Part shown: piece after piece, positions 31,918-40,285 of the stretch
Layout of the letters: each line of letters starts with the position of its first letter
Numbering within the stretch: the stretch's first letter is position 1
Assembly: GCA_040285745.1 (NCBI GenBank)
Contig: JAUFOR010000008.1
Span: 1,364,001 to 1,428,000 of the forward strand
Reading direction: 5' to 3'
DNA from: Barthelona sp. PCE
Taxonomy: Eukaryota
DNA length: 64,000 nt
Program-made: the position numbers and the translations under genes
The notes under the pieces: generated by a model
What the model was told of the DNA's origin: nothing
Databases searched by the model: none
The model's input: the letters and a program-made list of their open reading frames with translations, nothing else

Positions 31918-32074
31918 TGAAATTCTTCTCTTTTTTTTGTTTTATTCGATTTTAGTTATCTTATGCGTGGTTTTCATGACGATCAATTATTCATCAACCG
32001 AGTAAAAAACTTGAATACATTTACAACGAGTTTTAAGATTGTCATCTCAATTCTCTCCCTTTTCTCATACAAAA

Positions 32075-32436
32075 ATGGTATGTTGCGACTTGCAATGGGG
32101 CAGGGCTCTGCCCATACACCTGATACTTACATTCAGTCCACAGTTGAAGAGACACTAGCACGAATCCAGAACCATCCTGGTGTACTGGGTTATATTATCA
32201 TCAATTCCGACGGTGCCGCTGTCCGCAGGTTTGGAATGGACCTCGAGGAAGTTGCAAGATATTCCCAACTAATTATGAATTTAGCTGCACAAGGTAGAAG
32301 TGCTGTAAGAGATTTAGATCCCAGAAACGATTTGAACTTTATTCGTATTCGCTCTAACAAGCATGAAATTATGATTGCTCCAGAAATCGATTATACCCTT
32401 GTTGTTATTCAAGATCCCACCGCTGAAGCTGTGTAA
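32075..32436 (+). CDS. DYNLRB: Dynein light chain roadblock/LC7; join(32075..32077,32137..32436), 100 aa
   Basis: Spliced product M-STVEETLARIQNHPGVLGYIIIN...VRDLDPRNDLNFIRIRSNKHEIMIAP matches the family and its usual length. Confidence 0.93.
32078..32136 (+). other. Spliceosomal intron, 59 nt, directly after the start ATG
   Basis: GTATGT...ACTTACATTCAG. Removal gives a canonical roadblock N-terminus in frame. Confidence 0.88.
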
Positions 32437-32560
32437 TATTAATCAATTTGTATTACCACACACGATTATGTGTGAATAAGCATTGTATACTATCCATTTG
32501 GCTTTTTTTTCATCTCTTTTATAAAGAACTATTATTGTGTAAAAACAATGTCTAGATACA

Positions 32561-33631
32561 TTATTTATGGAACCCTGACAACAACGAACCCTTTAAAGAG
32601 TATTTTTCTTTTAAACGGTATAGCAATTTTTCTTTGTTTAATCCGGTTGGTGAAAGGACATTAATCCCAGAGTTATTCTCTGTCTCTGAAAATGAAGGGA
32701 GCATGGGGCTTGGTTTAATGACACTCAAATCAAGCGTACTACCTTCCAAATCGTATGAAACGTTTTTCCAAACATCCAACGCATTTAAATCGTCCAAGGA
32801 CTTTCTCCTCCTTGATGGGGGTCTTGAGTGCTTGTCTGGACCGTTTTCGACCTTGATGGGGGTCGGTAGAGGCGGTTTATAAGGAGAATGCAACAGTATA
32901 GGCTCGTCATCTTCTATTGATTCAACGCTCTCAAGCATTTGCTTCATTGTACCCGTCTGATACCCGTCGCTGACACCGATTACGGCTTGTTCCACATCAG
33001 ATTCCAATGCCTGAACGCTGTGAAACATCGAAAAGTCGCTGGCGCTTTCACTCCTTGCAAACATCGCACTGACCTTACTGTTGACTTCAACCACGTGGAA
33101 TGGAGTGGCACATCTGTTCACATTCTGCACAAGACTCTCTCCAATCTCACACGATACATTTAGTAAACCATTGGGGAACTGTATTGTTTGCATCGAAACC
33201 AGTTTTGATTCAATAAAGTCAAGACCGCTTGGGTCTATGATGCTCTCAGACACCATAGCCTCTGTCCTGTAGTTCTGGGCGGGGCTTGCAACTAATAGAC
33301 ACTGTAAACTACGCAAAGAAAGCACAACCTGATGAATTGCAAGCGACTGAGCAATGTTATAGTCTCCAAACGACCATGTTACTGTCCATCTCTCCATTAG
33401 ACCGCCGGTGTCCTTGTTAACTACATCGATAGAGATTGGTGCATCTGGAAGCATTTTTCTGGATATGCTCATTTGAGATATATCCGTTAATGTTTTCTGA
33501 GATGCCTTGAAGCGCGACCCCATGTTAGAAAACGTTTTAACAATCTCTTCATCATCGTTCCTTGAAGAAAGTATAGAAACCAATACTAGGAACATGCTAG
33601 ACGTGGCTACATCCTCGTTTGACCTCGACAT
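32561..33631 (-). CDS. Atg13-like HORMA domain protein
   Basis: SILSSR, PISIDV...LMERW, VVLSLRSLQCLLVASPA and FPNGLLNVS match Atg13 HORMA motifs, followed by an S/P-rich disordered tail. Confidence 0.65.
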   Translation of the reverse strand: MSRSNEDVATSSMFLVLVSILSSRNDDEEIVKTFSNMGSRFKASQKTLTDISQMSISRKMLPDAPISIDVVNKDTGGLMERWTVTWSFGDYNIAQSLAIHQVVLSLRSLQCLLVASPAQNYRTEAMVSESIIDPSGLDFIESKLVSMQTIQFPNGLLNVSCEIGESLVQNVNRCATPFHVVEVNSKVSAMFARSESASDFSMFHSVQALESDVEQAVIGVSDGYQTGTMKQMLESVESIEDDEPILLHSPYKPPLPTPIKVENGPDKHSRPPSRRRKSLDDLNALDVWKNVSYDLEGSTLDLSVIKPSPMLPSFSETENNSGINVLSPTGLNKEKLLYRLKEKYSLKGSLLSGFHK

Positions 33632-33770
33632 GCGTGCCTGCCCAAAATTAAAGTTTTGAAATGGGTGGAAAAGAGAAGAACAAGCTGTAATACAAAAAAA
33701 ATTCTCTTACAATAGCTCTCTTTGAAGCTGTTTTCAATTTTTATCTTGTGTACATTGCTGTATCTGCATC

Positions 33771-35660
33771 ATGAGTCTTGTTATAAAGGGTATGAATATC
33801 ACATATGGTGAAACAACGGTATTAAAAGACATTTTTCTTTTTTGCCCACCTGGGGCAATGCTTCTTGTTCTTGGTGAAAGTGGAGCGGGAAAATCCACGC
33901 TGGTACGCATCATATCTGGAGTGTACGATACTTCCGAGCACAATCCACCAGAGTGCAGGCAGTTCACAATTGGAGATGTCAATATTATCAAAGGAGACCA
34001 ATTAAAGGGTTATATCGGTATTGTCTCACAGAATAACATACTGCATGAGATGGATACAGTACGTGAAGCTGTTGAATTCTCTTACAGAATGCACGGTACC
34101 GATGAAGAGGAAATCACTCCCAAATCCAATATTCTTCTGACTCACTTGGCTTTGAATGACATACAGGCCCGCGCCATAGGGTCTGAAATGTCCACGAGAG
34201 ACCGTATATCTGGAGGAGAGCGAAGGAGAGTAACACTGGCGACAGGTCTCACCAAAGAGTGTGCATTACTTATTTCCGATGAAGCAACATCAGGGCTTGA
34301 TCCATTTTCGGCGCTAAAGGTAATTGCAGCTCTCAAACGCATGACAGAGCTTAGGAAAATACCTTGTCTTGCTGTTTTACATCAACCGACTCCGGAAATG
34401 GTTTCGCTTTTTAGTTACTGTCTGGTCCTAACTCACAGTGAGGTTTCCTTCTTCGGAAGGGTCCCGCGACTGAAACAGAGACTATTAGAGGCCAGTGTTA
34501 CCGTACCTGGCCAAACCAACATAACTGACCTGATTGTTGATATTTTCGACAACAGAAACGATAACAGTATCGATAATGCTCAGAAAAGATCCATTTACGA
34601 TGCATCTGTGCGCTGTTTCAATGAAGAAATGTCCCTTTTTGATGAAACTGAAACAATCTTGCACGAACCTCGTTCATTTAAGGCATCGTTTACCGTACAG
34701 TTCAATAACGTCCTCAAACGCAGCTTTAAGGCTCGTACAAGGTCATCAAACTATATAACGAGCCGCATATTTGGTACTTTGTTTATCGTTATTATTGGAA
34801 TCCTCAGTTTCGTTAATCTCTCACGAGATCAAGAGGCAATTACGTCTATCACAGGTGCTATCTTCTGGATTCTTGCTTCTGCAAGTTTTTCACCTCTTTT
34901 TATGGTTATTTGGACAACAGAGAGTATTAAAGAGCTTTTCAGATGGGAACGATATAATCACATGTACTCTGTGCTTGTGTTTGTTCTGTCCACTTTCTTT
35001 GCAGTGCTTACTTTTGAATTCATTAGTGCATCTTTTGCATTGTGGAGCCAGTATTGGATTTTTAATTTGAGTAATGATTTTGTCGATTTTCTCACTTTCT
35101 GGGCAGCAATTATTATAACTGTGATTGGTTCCAGTGGCATTGGGCTTGTTTCTATTTCGTTATTTGAGGCTAAAATTGCTTCAGTGTTTGGCATTTCGGT
35201 TCAAATCATTTTTATCCTCTACAGTGGGTTCTACTTTCCTTTAGACACAGTTCCTGGCGTGCTACGATGGATAGGCTCTATTTCCTACGTTCGATGGTCA
35301 GTTGAGATAATAATTGTTTCCCAATTTAATGATATGGTTTTTTCCTGCACTGATGATCAAAAACTGCCTAACGGTTCGTGTCCGATCCCTAACGGAGAGG
35401 TATATCTAAGGAACAGAGGTCTTGAGAATTCCAAAATCGGGGAAAACTTCATTTATCTGAGTATCGTCGTAACCGCTTACTGGATAATCTTCTACATAAC
35501 AACGCGTTTATTTCTGAGAAAGATATCCTTATTCCAAAGGCCTATCAAGCGCATTACGTCTGATACACCTTCATCTAGTGTACAAGTCGCAGAACTAACT
35601 GCAAACAGTTTTGAATCCAGTGATGTTATTCAACGAACACCTTTGCTCACAGAAGAATAA
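33771..35660 (+). CDS. ABCG (White-type) half-transporter
   Basis: GESGAGKST, ISGGERRR, DEATSGLD, LHQP, 6-TM ABC2 domain, and a CTDDQKLPNGSCPIPNGE loop. Confidence 0.93.
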   Translation: MSLVIKGMNITYGETTVLKDIFLFCPPGAMLLVLGESGAGKSTLVRIISGVYDTSEHNPPECRQFTIGDVNIIKGDQLKGYIGIVSQNNILHEMDTVREAVEFSYRMHGTDEEEITPKSNILLTHLALNDIQARAIGSEMSTRDRISGGERRRVTLATGLTKECALLISDEATSGLDPFSALKVIAALKRMTELRKIPCLAVLHQPTPEMVSLFSYCLVLTHSEVSFFGRVPRLKQRLLEASVTVPGQTNITDLIVDIFDNRNDNSIDNAQKRSIYDASVRCFNEEMSLFDETETILHEPRSFKASFTVQFNNVLKRSFKARTRSSNYITSRIFGTLFIVIIGILSFVNLSRDQEAITSITGAIFWILASASFSPLFMVIWTTESIKELFRWERYNHMYSVLVFVLSTFFAVLTFEFISASFALWSQYWIFNLSNDFVDFLTFWAAIIITVIGSSGIGLVSISLFEAKIASVFGISVQIIFILYSGFYFPLDTVPGVLRWIGSISYVRWSVEIIIVSQFNDMVFSCTDDQKLPNGSCPIPNGEVYLRNRGLENSKIGENFIYLSIVVTAYWIIFYITTRLFLRKISLFQRPIKRITSDTPSSSVQVAELTANSFESSDVIQRTPLLTEE

Positions 35661-35723
35661 AAACGTTTATTATAAGACAGAACACGTTTATACAGACACA
35701 AAAGGTAAGAAATGAGAAATAGA

Positions 35724-38700
35724 TTAGAGAGCAACAGCTTCCTGTTCCATCTCCCGTTGCATAGCCTTACGCTTTGCAACTGCCATGAATAATGTAACAC
35801 GGGACTTAAAGTTAACCGAAGAAGCACCGGGATCAAGATCTAACGCAGAGACGTTTGCACCTTCCTTACGAAGAGCAAACAGTGCGCAACGAAGCATGTG
35901 TTGAGGTAAACAGAACGCAGGCTGGATACAGAGAATGTTGTCGCAGCCAGAGGACATCATTTCGATCGCCTCACTTACAAGAAGCCAACCTTCACCTGCC
36001 TGGAAAGCGACAGAAATCAAATCACGATCAGCTAAGGCCTGGGCCTTGTCACTGATGGAGTGGATCGTGTGACGGAATCGAGCAGGCATGTACTTGCTAC
36101 GAAGACGCTGGACGTACCCGATAACTGTCTTGTAAATGATGGAGTTGCCCCATCCATTAGAAAGGTACTCACGCTTACCGACAGAGTCGTACATGCAATA
36201 AAGGATGAAGTCCATGATACCGGGTGTGAAGACACGTGCTCCCTGAGCCTCAAGCTCACGTACAACGTACATATTCGACATTGGATGATACTTCACCAAA
36301 ATCTCACCAAGGAGACCAACCTCCACTGGTTTCTTGTTTTTATCGATCTTGATCGACTCAAATGAGTGTTCAATGCTCTGCACAACCTCTCTGAAGCTAC
36401 CACCGCTCAAGAAATATTGACATCCCTTATCCAGCGCTTTCTGGCTAACGTGATCAGCAGTTCCCGGTTCCAGTTCGACGGGGCGCATATACTGCTCATA
36501 GAACATGATGATGTCGCCCAGAACAAGAGACTCAAGAGCCTTCTTGGCCATTGAAAGACCGGGTGAGAAACCCGTGTGCTTCTCGATACCCTGCATGGAC
36601 ATCGTTCCAACCGGGATATGGCTGAGACCGAGGGCGGCGAGCGCCTTACGGATGAAGAAGGGGTAGTTGGAGGCACGACAGGGACCACCTGTTTGTGTAG
36701 TGAGGAAAACAACCTTTTTAGGATCGATCTTTCCTTCAGCAACGAGATGGTAGTAGTTCTTGATAAGAGAACCAACAACAATGAGTGTGGGGTAGCAACA
36801 ATCGTTGTGAACGTGTCTCAGAGCAATATCCAAGATCTCATCACGCCACTCAGGAGGAGAGCGAGCAACGAAAACAGGATAACCCTGACCCCTGAACATA
36901 GCGCAGAGGAGGGTGTTGTGCTGCGGTGACAGATCGGGAAGAAGGATAGACCAGCCCTCATCGTACATCTCCTTTGTGTAAAGAAGAGGCATCTTGAACT
37001 CTGACTTGAAAGTCTCGCCATTGTTCGCCTTCTCGTTCTCGAGAGCAGCCATGAGAGATCTGAGACGAATCTTGACAGCTCCGTGGTTCTCAACCTCGTC
37101 AATCTTCAGTTGTGTGTAGATCTTGTGGGGCTCCAGAATGACCTTGATCTGATCCGACGTGACTGCGTCAAGACCGCAACCGAAGGAGACAAGCTGAACG
37201 TACTGGACGTGTGGTGTCTCGAGGGTGCGGTGTGCGGTGACGTATAGCTTGTGGTGGTAGGTCCACTGACTCAGAACATCAGTTTTGATCTCACGATCAT
37301 CTGCCCAGTCGTGATCGACAACACAACAGTCAAGCTCATTAAGAATGTTGGGGATACCGTGGTTGATACCAGCATCAAGGTGGTAAGGACGACCGACAAG
37401 AGCAATGCATGTAAGCCCATTATCGGCAGCGTACTCAACAATAGCCTCATTCTGGTGACGACACTCCAGCTCAAACTGATCTTGGTGCTCAAAAGCGAGG
37501 TTGATTGCATTCTTCAACACAGAACGTGAGAAGCGCTCGAAAATGTCTGGCATAGAATCGCGTAGACGAACTAAAAGACGCTTGCGATCGTGGAGTGGGA
37601 GGTACGGGTTATGGACGACTGTTCCAGGCTCCATGAAGTCCTCAAGACACTTGGTCGCTGCCTCTGGGTAAGAACCGACAATAGGACAATTGTAATGATC
37701 CTGCGATGTGATGCGAGGGTTGTATGGCAGACATGGCAGGAAAATGGCGTCACAGCGTGACTCCAACCACAGGACGTGTGAGTGCAACACCTTGGCGGGG
37801 TAACAGATGGTATCTGAAGGGATAGTTTCACGACCAAGAACGGTGAGACGCTTGCTGCTCATGGGAGACAGTTTGACCTTGAAACCAAGAGAACGCAAGA
37901 GTGCTGACCAGAAGGGGTAATCCTGGTACATGTTCAGACAACGGGGAAGACCAATTGTCATACCTTGTTCAGGCGCCAACTCGGGAACGGGCTGGTTCCT
38001 GAATGTGCGTGCAATCTTCCACGAGTAGATGTTGGGCAGCTTCTCTTTCTTAGCCTTTGTAACTTCGCGGTTCAGCTGAGCAAGTGCAATAGTCTCACCC
38101 TTGGAACATTTGTTACCACTGACGAAACATGCTCCGTTGTTGAACTCCAAAGCAGTCATGAGACACTTGTTGGCACAACCATTACACGTAAGCTTCTGCT
38201 GAGTCCACTCGAGATCAAGAGACTTGATGTCCAGGCCGACGCATGGAACACCGGTCTCGTGCTGCTTCTTCGAGAAGAGCGCGGCACCGATACAGCCCAT
38301 AAGCTCGGGGAAAGGAGCTCGAACGATGTCTCTCTTAAGCTCGATTTCGAGAGCACGGAGAACTGCATTACTTTTGAACGTACCACCTTGCACAACGATT
38401 TTCTCGGGCAAATGTGTAGTTCTAAGCACCTTGTGCAGCAAGTTTTTGACGATGGAGTAAGCAAGACCAGCAGAGATGTCAGGGACACCAAAGCCCTGTT
38501 TCTGAGCGGTCTTAACCATCGACTGCATAAAAACAGTACAGCGGGATCCTAAATCAACGGGAGACTCTGCCTCAAGCGCGATCTTTGCGAATTCAGCAGG
38601 GCCCATACCGACTGATGCGGCAAAGAGTGCCAAGAAGGAACCACAACCGGAGGAGCAAGCCTCGTTGAGTACCAGGTTGGAGAGAGAACCATGCTGGTCC

Positions 38701-39971
38701 AACCACAAACCCTTGACGTCCTGACCACCAATATCGATAACCATTTCAACGCCAGGCAGAATGTGAGCAGCAGCCATCGAGTGACAGACTGTTTCGACCG
38801 CATTGAAGTCCAGACCGAAACACTCACGAAGCATGAACTCACCGTAACCGGTTGAACAACCAGCGGCGAACTCAACATCAGGGAATTTCTCAAAGAATTC
38901 GTTGAGAGCCTGAATGCAAATGTGGATGGGAGATCCCTTATTGTTTTGATAATAATGCCAGACAAGGTCACCTTCACTGTCAATAGCAGCAAGCTTTGTT
39001 GTTGTAGAACCTGCATCAATACCCAAAAAGAGAGGGGGAACGATGCCTTCTGTCTTAACCTCGCCAAAAGCATGATCCTTATTCCATTGCGTTAACTGAG
39101 CTTCTGAAGTGAAAAGCTTAGGTAGGCATGTGACGGGAGATGAATTATCATTCAATAGATCGAGCTTGTTGAAGTCAAAAGCACTAACTTCATAACCGTA
39201 CTCATGAGCAGCTAAAGCAGCGCCCATTGCCACCCAAACATTAGCGTTTTCAGGGACAACACATGTGGGACAATCCTTTAGAGATTCTGTAAATAATTTG
39301 GCAAGAAAATCTAAATAAAAAAGAGGTCCACCTAAAAGCAAAGCGGGTCCTTCGAATTTCTGACCTTGACCTAACCCTGATATGGTTTGATCAACAACGG
39401 CCTTGAAAATAGAGGCTGCAATGTCCTCCTTCTTTGCTCCTTGATTGAGAAGAGCTTGGATATCTGTTTTCGCAAAAACTCCACAACGAGATGCAATTGA
39501 ATACATAACTTCATGATTGTGCGCGAGCTGGTTGATTCCTGTGACATCAACGTCAAGCAGCTTGGCACATTGCTCCAAGAAAGCACCTGTTCCACCAGCG
39601 CAAATATTGTTCATACGATTATCCATGTTTCCGTTTTCTGACCAACGGAGAGCTTTAACGTCCTCACCTCCGATCTCAATAGCGACACGTGTCTCGGGAT
39701 AGTACTTCTTTGAAGCTGATGCAGCGCAAATAACTTCCTGAATATAAATCAAATCAAATGCTTCAGAAATAAACATTCCTGAACTTCCAGTAGTGATGAT
39801 TGCTGCTTCTCGACCCTCGAGAAACTCTTCCATCTCTTTAAGGATGTCCAATGCTGTTTCCTTAACATGTGAATTGTGCTTACGGTAAGTACTGAATTGA
39901 ATCTCACCTTCAGCGTCTAAAATGACGGCCTTAACTGTGGTAGAACCCGAATCTAACCCAATAAGAAACAT
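35724..39971 (-). CDS. Fused 2-hydroxyacyl-CoA dehydratase activator (2x ASKHA BadF/BadG/BcrA/BcrD) plus DUF2229/dehydratase-like domains, 1415 aa
   Basis: IGLDSGSTTVK / EIGGEDVK / NNICAGGTG / SRCGVF, then LGIDAGSTTTK / DIGGQDVK / NEACSSGCG / SRCTVF, then IGLPRCL, DTICYP, YNCP, GRPYH, SFGCG, NDCCYP, GGPCRASNY and GEGWLL. Confidence 0.95.
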   Translation of the reverse strand: MFLIGLDSGSTTVKAVILDAEGEIQFSTYRKHNSHVKETALDILKEMEEFLEGREAAIITTGSSGMFISEAFDLIYIQEVICAASASKKYYPETRVAIEIGGEDVKALRWSENGNMDNRMNNICAGGTGAFLEQCAKLLDVDVTGINQLAHNHEVMYSIASRCGVFAKTDIQALLNQGAKKEDIAASIFKAVVDQTISGLGQGQKFEGPALLLGGPLFYLDFLAKLFTESLKDCPTCVVPENANVWVAMGAALAAHEYGYEVSAFDFNKLDLLNDNSSPVTCLPKLFTSEAQLTQWNKDHAFGEVKTEGIVPPLFLGIDAGSTTTKLAAIDSEGDLVWHYYQNNKGSPIHICIQALNEFFEKFPDVEFAAGCSTGYGEFMLRECFGLDFNAVETVCHSMAAAHILPGVEMVIDIGGQDVKGLWLDQHGSLSNLVLNEACSSGCGSFLALFAASVGMGPAEFAKIALEAESPVDLGSRCTVFMQSMVKTAQKQGFGVPDISAGLAYSIVKNLLHKVLRTTHLPEKIVVQGGTFKSNAVLRALEIELKRDIVRAPFPELMGCIGAALFSKKQHETGVPCVGLDIKSLDLEWTQQKLTCNGCANKCLMTALEFNNGACFVSGNKCSKGETIALAQLNREVTKAKKEKLPNIYSWKIARTFRNQPVPELAPEQGMTIGLPRCLNMYQDYPFWSALLRSLGFKVKLSPMSSKRLTVLGRETIPSDTICYPAKVLHSHVLWLESRCDAIFLPCLPYNPRITSQDHYNCPIVGSYPEAATKCLEDFMEPGTVVHNPYLPLHDRKRLLVRLRDSMPDIFERFSRSVLKNAINLAFEHQDQFELECRHQNEAIVEYAADNGLTCIALVGRPYHLDAGINHGIPNILNELDCCVVDHDWADDREIKTDVLSQWTYHHKLYVTAHRTLETPHVQYVQLVSFGCGLDAVTSDQIKVILEPHKIYTQLKIDEVENHGAVKIRLRSLMAALENEKANNGETFKSEFKMPLLYTKEMYDEGWSILLPDLSPQHNTLLCAMFRGQGYPVFVARSPPEWRDEILDIALRHVHNDCCYPTLIVVGSLIKNYYHLVAEGKIDPKKVVFLTTQTGGPCRASNYPFFIRKALAALGLSHIPVGTMSMQGIEKHTGFSPGLSMAKKALESLVLGDIIMFYEQYMRPVELEPGTADHVSQKALDKGCQYFLSGGSFREVVQSIEHSFESIKIDKNKKPVEVGLLGEILVKYHPMSNMYVVRELEAQGARVFTPGIMDFILYCMYDSVGKREYLSNGWGNSIIYKTVIGYVQRLRSKYMPARFRHTIHSISDKAQALADRDLISVAFQAGEGWLLVSEAIEMMSSGCDNILCIQPAFCLPQHMLRCALFALRKEGANVSALDLDPGASSVNFKSRVTLFMAVAKRKAMQREMEQEAVAL

Positions 39972-40285
39972 TGTAATGAAAGAGGTAAATAAAGATTCTA
40001 GGAGATGTTATTCGTATTTAAAAACTGTGCTCTTCGGTTTTGCGATGCAAGTAAGTGAAGACAACCTTTAAAAATACTGAAACAGAAGCTATTGTTTGCC
40101 ACGATATAGAATCTTTTTAGTAATTCGTGGCACTTGGATTTGCCACTCAACATGCTATTTATGCATATTTATGTTCTTCCTTTCTAAAAGAAATCTCCCA
40201 ATTCTTTTTCACAACCTGCATTCAACTTTTCTTTATTTTAAACAGTTTTAATACAAACACATTTACATTTAAGCGAAGTTTTGGA

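Noticed and set aside
31963-32136. 57-aa N-terminal extension of roadblock in the ORF track
   Set aside because: Explained by read-through of upstream and intron sequence. The spliced model gives the canonical protein.
35724-39971. Bacterial contamination or genomic island
   Set aside because: It is a single gene with a host-type upstream motif, no operon partners or mobility genes, and eukaryotic neighbours.
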